From: Octopus sinensis
Lineage: Eukaryota
Direction: 5' to 3'
Length of the DNA stretch: 64,000 bases
Assembly (NCBI RefSeq): GCF_006345805.1
Contig: NC_043003.1
Coordinates: 94,984,001 to 95,048,000 of the forward strand
How positions within the stretch are numbered: the first letter of the stretch is position 1; every line of letters begins with the position of its first letter. The notes below the pieces were generated by a model that saw nothing but the letters and a program-made list of their open reading frames with translations, made no database searches and had not been told where the DNA came from. A program made the position numbers and the translations under genes. This document shows positions 38,466 through 52,024 of this stretch, one piece after another.

Positions 38466-39916
38466 GTAGCAAATCTACCCGTCTACGATGGAGGCATAAG
38501 ATGAGGGAGGGAAGTCATAACAGCAGTATGTATTGAGAGATGTGTAAATGTACTTGATAGATGACTGGGTGATGTCTTTGAGAAATTACATTATTGTTGG
38601 TGATACAACATTCTGTTGCAGCTATTTGACGTGTTTGCAACTAAGTAACATGTGATGATGATTCACTCCCAAACTGAAATAGGCTCCCAGCTTCTGTATC
38701 ATGAATGGTTATGTGATCCACTCCAAATGAAAGCCAGAGTTTCTTTTGACCACTACATAAAATTTATTAGAAGAAAATGTTATTTAGATATACTTTTATA
38801 TTAGTTGTTTATACTATTTTATGCTTGTTTATTCTCTTATACATTCACAGTTCACAAATATCTTTATTTATATTATGAATCATATTCCTTTCGATAATAT
38901 CAGTATGATTACAAAACTTCTTTCTAGACGATATTTTCTGTTTGGTTGACTCTAACTTTCAAATTACTGGAGTTCATTGCTCTATTCATGGTGACATATA
39001 AGTGGTTGTGTGTAAATATCAGTGTGGATAAAAATACACCTACATGATCTAATGTTTGGCCCTGTGCCTTGTTTGCTGTGAATGCACAAGCAGAATCTTT
39101 AGAGTTGCAAAAAATCAAACTAAGACTTACCTCTCACTGTTAGATGTGAATAAATTCTCAATGTTCTGGTACCAGGAGTTATTTTGATTGGCAAAACTAA
39201 GATGTAAACAACTGCTTCGATTGACCATTTTGAATCCTGCACGAGGCTGACACACTTTAATAACCACTAAATAATCACACATACTATATACTGACACACT
39301 TTTTCCATTTTATTTTCACTATCAACCGTCCTCGCGACCCCATTCATATCTGCAATGGGGCCACATACTATAACGATAAAAATCCAGTTACTTGGTGTTG
39401 GTGAATTTTTAATAAAAATGTGAAGGTGGTTTATGAATTCAAAAATTGATATATATGTGAAATAATCATACTTTCTGATTTTTTAATGCTAAAAACCTTC
39501 CTGACGACTGTCTTTGTAATCCCAAAAAAATATTGTAACCATTGGTCCAGCCATCTGACCGTGAAGAAGAAAGAGACGGACATAATGCCCATTATAGTAA
39601 GATAGCAAATCTGCCTATCTACGATGAGAAATAAAGGGATAGTATCACAAATCTAAACCCTCTAAATTCATGAACTATATGGAGTATGGGTGGAAATCCA
39701 GAGTTAATCCTCATCACCAGAATTTTAGTAAAAAAAATCAAAGGTGATTTATTAATACAAAACTCAATATCCACTAAAAATAATTTTTCACATTTTTTTC
39801 GCTAAATAACTTCCTGATTACCTCCTTCATAATCCTGAAAAACATATTGTGACCATTGGTCTAGCCGTTTGACCATGCAAAGGGAACAGACAGACATAAC
39901 GCCCATTATAGTAAGA
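38466..39916 (-). mobile_element. Head-to-tail Helitron pair carrying a Pif1-helicase remnant
   Basis: 5' TCTTACTATAATGGGC at 39916 and 39602; 3' hairpin CCATCGTAGACGG + CTAC|T at 38466 and a related end at 39603-39627; FTANKAQGQTLDHVGVFL...HNHLYV at 38924-39118. Confidence 0.75.
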
Positions 39917-40939
39917 TTTGGATATGAAACAGTATAACAAATCAGTGCTGGCTATAATCTCTATAGAAAATCTGTACAGATGACCTTAACAAGTGATGTA
40001 ATAGCACTGCTGACATAAGTGGAATTGTATTGACTTATAAAAACGTTTAGTATTCTTTGGAGTTTATTATGGTTGCATAATGAGTATGGTGTCCCTAAAA
40101 GTCATTGACATTTATTTTTTACAATTTCAATAAAATTTGAAATTAGAAACATAAGCTAAATATTTTTGACAGATACCAGTATTTGACAGAATCGGTAAGG
40201 CTGGCCAACAAAATGCTGCCTTCCATTCTGAATTCTGATACCATTTGTGTGAACTTTAAATTTCATCCTTCTGGATAAATATCTGTCAAATACATGGGTC
40301 ATTCTAATCAGTGTTTCTCCATCCTTTCACAATGTATGATCCATGCTAGAAACCATTTATTATTTCCACTCTCACTTTGTAGAAGTTTAGGTTTTTGGAT
40401 TCTCTTAATTTCCATATCTTTAAATCCCTGCCAGATATTTTTTCTTGACAGAATGAAAAGAAAAAGCCATGCTTTTTGCTTTTTATTGCCTTAAGATGAA
40501 AATGTGAGATAAAAGTGAACCACCTCGATCAACAAAAGCCAAAGACCACATACATTGAAATTTTTATCTGGTATAAAATTATGCAACCTTCAAAAACCTA
40601 GAGGTGATTACAAAGGCTATTAAGGCTCGTGCTTTGTTTTGGTTTTGTGATTTTAAGTAGACAAGGTGTAAATTCTCTTTTGCCTATCACAAATAATAAT
40701 GGCAGGTAACTGGTAACTATTTCAATGAATTAGCTAAGAGCACCTTTATCACTATACAGCAGAGAAAACTCATGTCTGTTGTTTGTAGAGTACACTTCTA
40801 GAAAATCTTCTATAGCTAGGTTCTTTCACTATCAAATTTGAAGCATGGACTGGGTATATTTCACCATGTCAGAGTTTGTTTACAGCAGGACTAAAAGGTT
40901 CCTCTATTTCCTCATTGATTTATGTATGTATATATAGAG

Positions 40940-41320
40940 ACCCCGACAGAAGCCAAGGCTGTGATTTAAGGACTGTGTGAAGTCCTCATTAAAGGCCTGT
41001 GATATGCAGGAGACTGACTGGGAGAGCAATGCCTGTCATCGCCACAGATGGAGGAAGCAGGTTAAAGATGGGGTTGGCACCTTTGAGAGAGCATGTATTC
41101 TGCGTGAAGAACTTAAGTGTGCTGCTTGAATGCCTGCCGCTGGTGTAGTGAATGAGGAAAGCTTGGTCTGCAATGTTTGCAGTCATGTATGCTTGTCAAG
41201 AGCAGGGCTCGTTAGCCACCAATGGAGCTGCAAATGCAAAATATAAGTTAGTCCTAGAAAGCACAATATTCCTCATGGTCAGCAATGGTCTTCCTCGGTC
41301 ACAAGTGGACAGCCATCATA
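40940..41320 (+). mobile_element. RTE (BovB-like) 3' end with C2H2 finger
   Basis: LKACDMQETDWESNA.HRHRWRKQVKDGV...CNVCSHVCLSRAGLVSHQ. Confidence 0.7.
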
Positions 41321-41373
41321 TATATATGTACACACACATGTATATATGTTTCCTAATTGATCTATTTCAGCCG

Positions 41374-41461
41374 ATCTTAGCAACCAGTTTTACACAAGAT
41401 ATTAAATAACCAGATATTTGGTAACAGCATAGTTAAGTAATACTTCGTGCTCTTCAGAGAT
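41374..41461 (-). ncRNA. Decayed hammerhead, left arm of an inverted pair
   Basis: ATCT-CTGAAGA-GCAC...GTGT-AAAA(G12A)-CTGGTTG-CTA|AGAT. Confidence 0.5.
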
Positions 41462-41492
41462 AGCCAGTATGGAAAAAAGTATGCCAACCGCC

Positions 41493-41572
41493 ATCTCTGA
41501 AGAGCACATGGTATTATTTAACCATCTCATATCCAGTTATTTAATACCCAGTGTGAAACCAATTGGTAAGTT
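41493..41572 (+). ncRNA. Near-intact type-I hammerhead, sense within a host intron
   Basis: CTGAAGA 41497-41503; GCAC/GTGT plus GGTATT/AATACC stem II; GAAA 41555-41558; CC-AATT-GG-TA|AG; weak stem I. Confidence 0.65.
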
Positions 41573-42479
41573 CAGCTGAAGTGAATGTATATACTATATA
41601 TTCAAATTAATATTCCCTCTCTATTGAAAAATATATGAATGCATGTTTTCTGACTTATGGATTCTTAAACAACTATATAACATTTATATATGTACACACA
41701 CACACACATATGATAACAACTGAATGCTCACATGGATATGGCTGTCTACTGTTAGTGAGAGAGCTTTTAAGCATTTATAAACTCTACTAATTCTGCCACG
41801 CTACTCGATTTGTTTATATTTTGTCATTAAATTTCTGATACCTTCCAAAATTTTCATTTGCTTTATATTGTTATAAAATAATTTTTCAATTGAAATTACT
41901 GTTTGCCAGTTCAACTGAAAATTATAAGTTGTTAAGCTATTCAACCTGTATAGATTTGGTAGAATGATTAATTGGTTCTGACATGTTCTCCAGTTTTATA
42001 TTCTAAACTTTAGTTGTCCTTTTAAATTATAGTTTGACTTTTTAATTTTTTTTATTTATTTATTTTTTAATTTTAGACTACAATTTTAATAACTGTTATC
42101 CGACTTTCACTGTGAAATGAGACAGTATTTTACTTTAAATACAATAATTTTCTCCCTGAAAGTATAGATATTATTGCGGAAAATTTCTCATTATCAAGAA
42201 CTTTTATTGATTTTTCAATACAATCTCATATTCACTTTCTTCTGTCAATCCAATTTGAGGATTGTTACATAAATATCTTATAAGATCCTATTAGTTTTGA
42301 AGAGATGGTACATTACTTCAGGTTCATAATGTTAAACAGGTTCAAATAAATTTCTAGAAAAGTTTATTATAAATTAGATCTTGAGATAGTCAGAAACTTT
42401 CTGATAGCTAAGTAAAATAAGGCATATTGGATGCCTTATTTTTGAGCATATTGGATGCCTTATTATTGAGCAAAACTGC

Positions 42480-42690
42480 ATTGAAATGACTGCAGTGCTG
42501 GTGGTTTTGGTTATGACGATGGTGCTTACTGTAATTCTGGTACTGGTTGTGATGATGATGATGATGCTGATTATGATGGTTGTGTTACTTGAGATGATGT
42601 TGTTATCTGTGATGATGGTTTTGGTTACAATGCTGGTTTTATTTGTGAGGAGTATGTTGCATGTGATGGTGGTGTTAGTTGTGATTTAGC
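42480..42690. repeat. GAT/GGT low-complexity tract
   Basis: Directly visible trinucleotide-derived sequence. Confidence 0.8.
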
Positions 42691-42849
42691 TGCTGTTTGT
42701 AATTGGCTGAGCAATCCACAGTCACATGTTCATTAGTTCATTAAGACCATAGTTATTTGTGATACATAACGGCACCAAACACATAGCATCTAATTTCCTG
42801 ACCATCCAATTTTTTATGTGCAAAGTTTGATGATACTCAGCACAACTTT

Positions 42850-43150
42850 AAATCTTTGTGGGATGTATTACATTCCAACTTGTGGCCCATATATCTTGTC
42901 TCCACATCTACCACTTCTACTACTACAATGGCCTCTGCTCCTCAGAATTGGCTGATCCTCATGCCACCACCACTCAGACACATTTGTTTCTTGCTATTTG
43001 TATCCATCACCAATTCAGGCCTGAAACGAATAACTTTGTCTCTTCCTTCCTTCTCTGAACATATTCTTTTTGGAATTTTCACTCTGCCTATCGTTTTTCT
43101 GCAGTTGTTCAAGAAATAGCAACAACCAGATTGCTCTCCTAAATCTTGGA
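42850..43150 (+). mobile_element. CR1/L2-group LINE 3' fragment
   Basis: HIYHFYYYNGLCSSELA...NFVSSFL resembles the FYRYxxGxCSxEL...SFFPRT tail. Confidence 0.5.
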
Positions 43151-43514
43151 GTACTGACTACTAAATCTTTAGGTACAGGGTACAGCCCTCTTCCTCCAGT
43201 TCAGACTATTAAAAAAACCACAAAATCTTGTGACCAACATACAGTTGTATCATTTTGTGCCTATTTATATGAGGACATCTTTATACATGTATAGGGTCAT
43301 GAAATCCAGCTGTATAAATATTTGACACTTAATTAGTACCTGATTGAACAATTTCACATGGGGCAGATGCTTGGGGCCTCATATCCGGGGTCTCATTTCT
43401 GATGTATGTACAATGTTGCTTGCTGCTAGTAAATAAATGCCATAGGACCCAGAACATTGATTTACCTGGGGGCTTATAATGCTGCAAAGACAGCCTTCTG
43501 TGTTTGTGTGAATA

Positions 43515-43718
43515 CAAGGGAGTGAAAAGTTCCTGGCTTTAGGTAAAAGAAAATACAAGACGGTCAGTTAATTATGATTTTATTGAACATATTCCCCTCT
43601 CAGACTCACACACTTATTGCAGCATTCCTTCAGCTTTTCTAAGCCCTGGAAAAAAATTTGGAAGGTCGGGTCTCCAACAAGGCCTTTCACAATACTCTTA
43701 AAACCAGGAACTTTTCAG
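43515..43718. mobile_element. mariner-derived MITE, right end clipped
   Basis: TA-CAAGGGAGTGAAAAGTTCCTGGCTTT and AAAACCAGGAACTTTTCAG are inverted matches. Confidence 0.65.
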
Positions 43719-43756
43719 ATGATGATGACATATCTATCTATCTCTCTATCTATCTG

Positions 43757-43843
<87 letters not shown>

Positions 43844-44264
43844 TGTGTGTGTGTATGCATGTAAGTGCAGATGTGGCTGTGTGATAAGAAGTTTGCATCC
43901 TAATCACATGGTTCCATGTTCAGTCCCACTGTGTGGCACCTTGTGCACGTGTCTTTCACTATAGTCTCAGGTTATCTACCAAACCCACTCCTTATGAGTG
44001 GACTTGGTAGATGGAAACTTAAAAAAGCCCACCGTGTGTGTGAGCATGTGTCTTTATGTCTGTTTGTTCCCTGCCACTTTGACAACCAGTGTTGGTATGT
44101 TTACGTCCCTGTAGCAAAGTAGTTTGTCAACAGCAACTGATAAAATAGGTACCAGGCTTTCAAAAAGAACAAGTACTGTAGTTGTTTCATTCAATTAAAA
44201 TTCCTCAAAGCAGTGCTTCAGTATGGCCTCAGTCTAATGACAAACAAGTAAAAGATAAAAGATG

Positions 44265-44305
<41 letters not shown>

Positions 44306-44306
44306 C

Positions 44307-45989
44307 CACCTGTGTCGGTGGCACATAAAAACACCATCCGAAGACCCGGCAAGACTAGTCAGGCCATAAACCATGGCCCCTACCTGGGACGTAGTCAGTC
44401 CACCTGTGCATACCTTCCTCCTTGTGATACTTGTGAAGGCCTGTTGAGGCAAGTGAAAATCAAAATCAAATCAAAATCAAAACAAATCAAAATAGATGAA
44501 CATCAATGGAATTTGTGTCTTTGTGGTACCAGTGCCGGTGGCACACAAGAGAAAACCATCCAAAAGTGGCCGTAGCCAGTACCGCATCGACTGGCCTCCG
44601 TGCTGTGGGCACATCCGAAAGTGGCCGTAGCCAGTACCGCATCGACTGGCCTCCGTGCTGTGGGACATGACAAACACCATCCGATCGTGGCCGTTCGCCA
44701 GCCTCATCTAGCACCTGTGTCGGTGGCACATAAAAACACCATCCGAAGACCGGCAAGACTAGTCAGCCATAACCCATGGCCCCTACCTGGGACGTAGTAG
44801 TCAGTCCACCTGTGCATACCTTCCTTCTTGTGACACTTGTGAAGACCTGTTGAGGCAAGTGAAAATCAAAATCAAAATCAAAACAAATCAAAATAGATGA
44901 ACATCAATGGAATCTGTATCTTGTGGTACCAGTGCCGGTGGCACACATGAGAACCATCCGAACGTGGCCGTAGCCAGTTCCGCATCGACCGGCCTCCGTG
45001 CTGTGGGCACGTAACAAACACCATCCGATCATGGCCGTTCGCCAGCCTCATCTGGCACCTGTGTCGGTGGCACATAAAAAACACCTTCCGAAGACCCGGC
45101 AAGACTAGTCAGTCCACCTGTGCATACCTTCCTTCTTGTGACACTTGTGAAGACCGGTTGAGGCAAGTGAAAATCAAAATCAAATCAAATCAAATCAAAT
45201 CAAATCAAAATAGACAAAATAGATGAACATCAATGGAATTTGTATCTTGTGGTACCAGTGCCTGTGGCACACAAGAAATCCATCAGTGCTGTAGTCAGTG
45301 CGGTGGCACATGACAAACTCCATCCGATCGTGGCCGTTCGCCAGCCTCATCTAGCACCTGTGTCGGTGGCACATAAAAACACCATCCGAAGACCCGGCAA
45401 GACTAGTCAGGCCATAACCCATGGCCCCTACCTGGGACGTAGTCAGTCCACCTGTGCATACCTTCCTTCTTGTGACACTTGTGAAGACCTGTTGAGGCAA
45501 GTGAAAATCAAAATCAAAACAAATCAAAATAGATGAACATCAATGGAATTTGTATCTTGTGGTACCAGTGCCGGTGGCACGTGGCACACAATAAAACCAT
45601 CCGAACGTGGCCGTAGCCAGTACCGCATCGACTGGCCTCCGTGCTGTGGGCACGTAACAAGCACCATCCGATCATGGCCGTTTGCCAGCCTCATCTGGCA
45701 CCTGTGTCGGTGGCACATAAAAACACCATCCGAGCGTGGCCGTCTGCCAGCCTCGTCTGGCACCTGTGTCGGTGGCACATAAAAAACACCATCCGAGCGT
45801 GGCCGTTTGCCAGCCTCGTCTGGCACCCACTACACTCTCGGAGTGGTTGGCGTTAGGAAGGGCATCCAGCTGTAGAAACACTGCCAGATCTGACTGGACT
45901 GGTGCAGCTTTCGGGCTCCCCAGACCCCAGTTGAACCGTCCAACCCATGCTAGCATGGAAAGCGGACGTTAAATGATGATGATGATGAT
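44307..45989 (+). repeat. Tandem array of RTE 3'-UTR units ending in a normal (GAT)n tail
   Basis: CACCTGTGTCGGTGGCAC at 44307, 44712, 45056, 45355, 45699, 45761; each long unit has GAAGACC(C)GGCAAG and an (AAATC)n tract. Confidence 0.9.
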
Positions 45990-46889
45990 ATAGTGTATAT
46001 CATTTTTTTCATTTGTATTTCTGTATACTGAGTATGTGTGTGCTTTCTATATCCAGGTGTGTTTATTTGTCAATGAAAGAGAGAGTGAGCGATTGTAATG
46101 TGTTTAACGTGTATGTGTCTGTCTGTCTGTCTGTTTGTTTGTCCACCGTACCACTTCTCAACTGGTGTTGGTATGTTTATATCCTTATAACTTGGCAAAA
46201 GACACTGATAGAATAAGTACTGGGCTTGGTTCGTTAGACTAAATCTATTCAGTGAAGTACTCCAGCATAACTGCAATCTAATGATTCAAACAAGTAAAAC
46301 GACAAAAAAAAAAGCTCAAAAGATATATATATATATGTTTATATATACATGTGTGGGTGTGCGCCTGTGTATCTCTATGTATATACACAATTGTACATGC
46401 ACACACACACACACACACATGAATGAAAGTCACATCTAGCATTAGACTATGTTCTGTGGAAGAGGGTGTGTCAATTTCTGTGTTAAATATCATCTCTGCT
46501 TTACTAAAGCCAAGTAGCTACCATGTGCTTTGGTCTTAAAAGCTCCCTCTTAATTTCTCTATTTTAATCGATGACCCTATACTGTCAAGTACGAGTACCT
46601 GTGACCTTTACAGGAAATGAAAGGTCACAATAAAGTAATGGTGGTGGTTGGATGAATGGGTGTGGCGGGGAAGAACTGCAAAACAAACTCAGTTCCTTTC
46701 TTCCTGGTCGCCTGGATTGCACTGGAAACACAGCTATGTGGAAGAAAACCTGAACATGTTGCAACACTTGTTTTATAATTATTTAGGGAGATGTGTTTCT
46801 GTGTACGTGTGTGTATATAAATATGTGTGTATGTGTGTTTGTATTTACATGTGGGTTTGTATATATACATGTGTGTGTGTGTATATATG

Positions 46890-46927
<38 letters not shown>

Positions 46928-46974
46928 ATCATACAAACCCCTTTTTATTTATATATATATCCATCATTTTGAAT

Positions 46975-47205
46975 CCGGGTTTTGTCTCCATTAACAGGGA
47001 TGTCCGGATCTACCTCAATGCCATAGCAACCACCATCCCACCATGTTGCTCAGTTTCTGAAGCCAACCCTCCAAATTTCCTCCAACACCTGTCCCCTCCA
47101 TATTTTCCTCAAACCTTGCTCTTGTTTCTTCTTCCTTCAGTTTCCACACCTTTCTCACACACTTTTTAACTTTCCTCTTATCCAAGTCAGCAACCACCAA
47201 CCTGT
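46975..47205 (-). mobile_element. RTE endonuclease-linker remnant
   Basis: HRLVVADL...KVWKLKEEE..ARF motif. Confidence 0.5.
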
Positions 47206-47513
47206 GCGGCAATCGAAGCCAGGCCCACCTGACGGCTCCTGTGCCTGTGGCACATAAAAAGCACCCACTACGCTCTCGTAGTGTTTGGTGTTAGGAAGGG
47301 TATCCAGCTGTAGAAACATTGCCAGATCAGATTGGAGCCTCGTGCAGGCACTGGCTCTCCAGATCTCAGTTAAACCATTCAACCCATGCCAGCATGGAAA
47401 ACAGACGTTAAACAATGATGATGATGATGTGTTAAAATGAGATGTCAATGTTATTTTACATTTTTACATAATTTAGACGACAATTTAGTCACCACACCCT
47501 GTATATATATGCA

Positions 47514-47598
<85 letters not shown>

Positions 47599-48976
47599 TA
47601 TAGTATTATTTCAAATTTGGGATTTTACCAACAGAACCACAACTCACTATTTCAGGATAACCTTATTGTATAGAATACACATAGAAAGTTTTATCCAATA
47701 AAATAATATAAGCAGTTAAAAAACCTACTATGAAATACAATAAAGATATTTGAAAATATATATAACTTACCTGTTATTAGTCTGTGGGGAAAGAAGGTAT
47801 TTCTAATCAATGCTACACGTATTTCTGTGCTGGTGGGGTGTTTATCAAGGCTATACTTAATACATAAATCCACCAGTGCGTCCTCAGGCTATTTATCTTA
47901 TTGTTATTATTATTAACGGATCAAAGTTGAAATACATATTAGAAGTCATATTAATAAGAATATGAATAAAAATATATAAATTACAAATATATTTTTTTAA
48001 ATTAAAAAGTTTAAATACCTAAATTACCATACCGATATATATATAGAAAATGCTAAATCTAAGGAAATCCTCAATGACTATATTATAAACACATCAAATC
48101 CTACAACCTATCTATATAAACATTATGGAAAGTAATAATTTAGTGTAAGATTTACCCCTATCTATACAAGTATAAATTTCCATTTTTTATCTTATGTCTA
48201 ACATAAGTTAATAGTACTTAAAAAGATTATTTAGTAAAAAACACTATATACATTATAAATTTATTGAATAAAACTAGTAAAAAAAAATCTAGTAAAAAAT
48301 TAACAAAGGAAGAATACTTATCAACATAATGTTTACTCCATCTGTGTAAATGGCTGCTCCCTCTGTCATGCATTAAGTCATGATATCTATCTATCTATCT
48401 ATCTGTCTATCTATACACACTCTCACATGCATGTACACATGGCAGATGCTAGGTATCATGTTGGTGTTGTGTAATTTCAACATATTGAGCCTACAATCTG
48501 GTTCCAGTTCTCATATGTAGCCATTTACCTTTTATCATTAACACATGTATCTAACAAAAATAGACTTTACACTGGAGAGAAGACAATGAGTGTAACACGT
48601 CCAGATTGCAAAAGCAGAAAAAAGAAAACACAACTGCACCCCATACAATTAAGCTCTGCATGTTGTAGCAGGCAATATGTTTCTCAGATCAGCAACATCG
48701 TGGTATATCTAGACTAACAACTCTATGAGTTACACCAAGTTATTGTTTGGCCAACTGTCAACTGTTCAAACTGAGCTGAATCAGGATCGCATAATTACTA
48801 CACACTCAGGAAGAGCATGACTTCATAGACTCTTATTTTTCTTATGAATATAAGATTTTGTGGTCAGCTTTATCCTTTGTTACTCTAGGGTCAATGAGAT
48901 AAGTACCAGTCAAGTTTTGAGTTTGTCCGTATTGGCTAGCCACTGTTTTTCAAAATTGCTGGTCTTCTGCCTAAAC

Positions 48977-51379
48977 CAGCAGTTCCGAATGTTTTTCAGC
49001 CCAGGGACCATTTTTTACTTGGAAAAGTTTCTGGAGACCACTTCTACTTTTACTTTATGCTGTTCTATTTTCACACTAAGATACTTAATGAAAAGGCAAA
49101 ATAGTCTATTTACACTTTTAAAATTTATTTTAGCAAACCAAAGATAAAATTTTAAATTTATTTTAGTAAATAAAGATAAACGCAACATATCAAAATCCTT
49201 TTTCATAAAGTCGTTCATTTTTAGTCCATTCAGCTAGTGACTAGCTTGATATTGGTGTTTCTGACACAAGATATCATAATCAATTTTAATGAACTCATTT
49301 AGTCTTAGTCTGATAGTTTCTCTGCTGTTGACATCTAATTTATTTCTTTTTCTACTTAAAATATCTACAACTGGAAATGCAGATTCCACCATCCATGTGG
49401 TAGGGAATGAAATGATATTTACTTCTACATGTCGAAAAATATTTGGGTGTGATTCCTTTATCAATATGTAGGCAAAGAGACCTTCTTTTGCAAATCTTCT
49501 CAATTTCATATTCTCCCTCAAATCCAACAACATTTCAGCCAACTCAAAATTTTCATCTCCTGGTTCATAATTTTCTAGGTCTACAAACCAGAGTGGATAA
49601 TCCATCTTTAATAAATTATTGTATCTTCTCTCAAAGTCTACATGAAGACTTTCAAGATGGGTAATGCATGCAGCAATGCATTCCGATGTAGGGACATTGG
49701 TATTAAAATTTTGAAATGATGCCAAATATCTTTTTTCAAACTGTTTTTTTTCTAAAATATTAATTTTCCCATATACCCTTTTAACTTCTGAGAATAGGTG
49801 ACCAATTCTGATTTTCTACCTTGCAGCTCTAAGTTAAGCAGATTCAATGTTTAAAAAATATCACTCAAGTAGAATATTTTTGATTTAAACTCATAAAGTC
49901 TTTCCAAAATTTTCTTACCTGTATCAGCTTGCTTCTTGGAGTTGTAATGAGTCATCTGACTCTTGAACATGAAAAAGTTGATTAATAGTTCCCACAAATT
50001 CATTAGTCTTTCAAGGCTCAAGCCTTTTGACAACCATCTAACTTCTGTGTGAAGCAATAGGGTTTTAAAATCTTCATATTCACAGAATTGCATAAAAAAT
50101 TTATTATTCACTATTGACAAAGTTAATTGCATATATAGCAGTGTTGAGTGCTTCTTCTGTGTGTCCTCCAATATTCTTAGTAACCAAATGCTGTCTGTGG
50201 ATAACGCAGTATATATAAAAAAATGTGAGAAGCAACTGATTTCATTCTAGAAACAAAGCTTCTCACTTTTCCAGTGATGGCTGCAGCTCCATCTGATGCA
50301 ATGTTGATCAAATTAGTCAATGGAATATTTTTATCATTAAAATACTGCATTACTTCATTGAATATATCTTCTCCATTAGTAGTTTCTGACAAACTTTTAA
50401 TGAATAACATTTCTTCCCTTATATCATCTTCATGGATGAATCTGACATAGACCAGAAGGATAGCTTGGTTATGAATTGTGCTATCATGAACTTGGATAGA
50501 AAAATTTGTCTTTTGGCGAATTTCCATAATCTTCTCAGCAAAATTAGACATTTCATCCTGTCTTCTTGTAATTGTGATATTTGAAAGTGGAATTGTACTC
50601 AGAGTAGATGCAGCATCTTTTCCCAGAACCTCATTTCCACAAGCTATCATAGCAGGCCTGACAAGTTTCTCACCATAAATCTGAGGTGCTGCAACCTTGG
50701 CAATAAATTCAGAAACCAAATAACTTGGTTTTGAGTGTTTTTGCTTTTTCAGTATTTATCTTCTTTACAAAGTCAGGTAGTTTGATTAGCTCTATTTTCT
50801 TTTTATTCTCAAAATATTCCCTAGCTTTACCAACAGATGATGGATGCCTTAATTTCTGGTGCTGCTCCATGGAATGGAATGATTTGTCATGATGGCATCA
50901 CATTCAAGACACATAGGTTTTGAGTCTACAGATACAAAACTAAACATGATAAAATCTTCTTTGTAGTTCTTCAGTTTTTGCCTTTTTAGAAGTTGGTTCA
51001 GATGTTATTACAACTGATCTTAAAAAAAAATAAAAATAATAAATACTTTATTTCTATAAATTAAAAGTATCAAATTTATTATTAAACTATATTGTGTAGT
51101 GATCTATTAAAAATATCAAATTTATTATGTAACTATTGTGATTGTAAAATTTAAATTATGTAATTCTTAATTGTAATATATTATTGATTATATATTATAC
51201 ATTATTGATTCTTATGGAATAATTATTGAATTTTGTTTTCTTATTATTATTCTGTCTTCATATGAATTATTATTAACTAACAGTGTCTTTATTATTGAAC
51301 AATATTGTGTAGATCTTTTATGGCTACGAATTCTCTGGGGACCACTGGTGGTCCCCAGAGACCACGTTGGGAATCACTA
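48977..51379 (-). mobile_element. Full-length, inactivated hAT (Buster/Charlie, ZBED5-like) transposon, 2403 bp
   Basis: 8-bp TSD GCCTAAAC (48969-48976, 51380-51387); imperfect TIRs CAGCAGTTCCGAA / TTGGGAATCACTA; PMCLEC (BED finger), SDGA, CVIHRQHL, LLLHTEVRWLSKG, FPTTWMVESAF in several frames. Confidence 0.92.
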
Positions 51380-51725
51380 GCCTAAACTCTAGAAGTAATT
51401 ATTATTGCAGTGAATGTAATATTGATTTCAAATTTTAGTGCAAAGTTAGCAATTTCAGGGGAGGGGATAAGTTAATTACATTAACCCCAGTGTTCAACTG
51501 GTACTTACTTTATTGACCCTCAAAAGATGAAAGGCAAAATTGGCCTTGGCATAATTTGAACTCAGAATGTAAAGACAGGTGAAATGCCACTAAGCATTTT
51601 GTCAGTCATGCTAATGATTCTGCCAACTCAATGCCTGCAGTGTATATCTTAATTTCAATTACAAATATCTTAATTTTACAAGCATTAAATCATAGTGCAT
51701 TGTATTTTTTATTTATTTATATGCC

Positions 51726-52024
51726 CTTTTCAAGCCTAGCCAGGCTCATGGGCCCGGTTTCCCGATTTCTGTGGCGTATGTGTTCCCTCCAGCTGGACGG
51801 GATACCAGTCCATCGCAGCCTTACTCAAGAAACAGGAAGAACGAGTGAGAGAAAGTTGGGGCGAAAGAGTACAACAGGGGTCGCCACCACCCCCTGCCGG
51901 ACACTCGTGGAGCTTTAGGTGTTTTTGCTCAATACGCATACACACAACGCCTAGTCTGGGAATCGAAACCGCGATCCTCTGACCGCGAGTCCGCTACCCT
52001 AACCACTGGGCCATTGCACCTCCA
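51726..52024 (-). mobile_element. SINE family C
   Basis: Same head as 30298 and 55399; different tail. Confidence 0.85.

Noticed and set aside
44307-45830. CRISPR-like repeat array
   Set aside because: The inter-repeat sequences are themselves repeated, the context is eukaryotic and there are no cas genes
48560-48610. YTGEK, possible C2H2 gene linker
   Set aside because: Single frameshifted motif with no flanking finger
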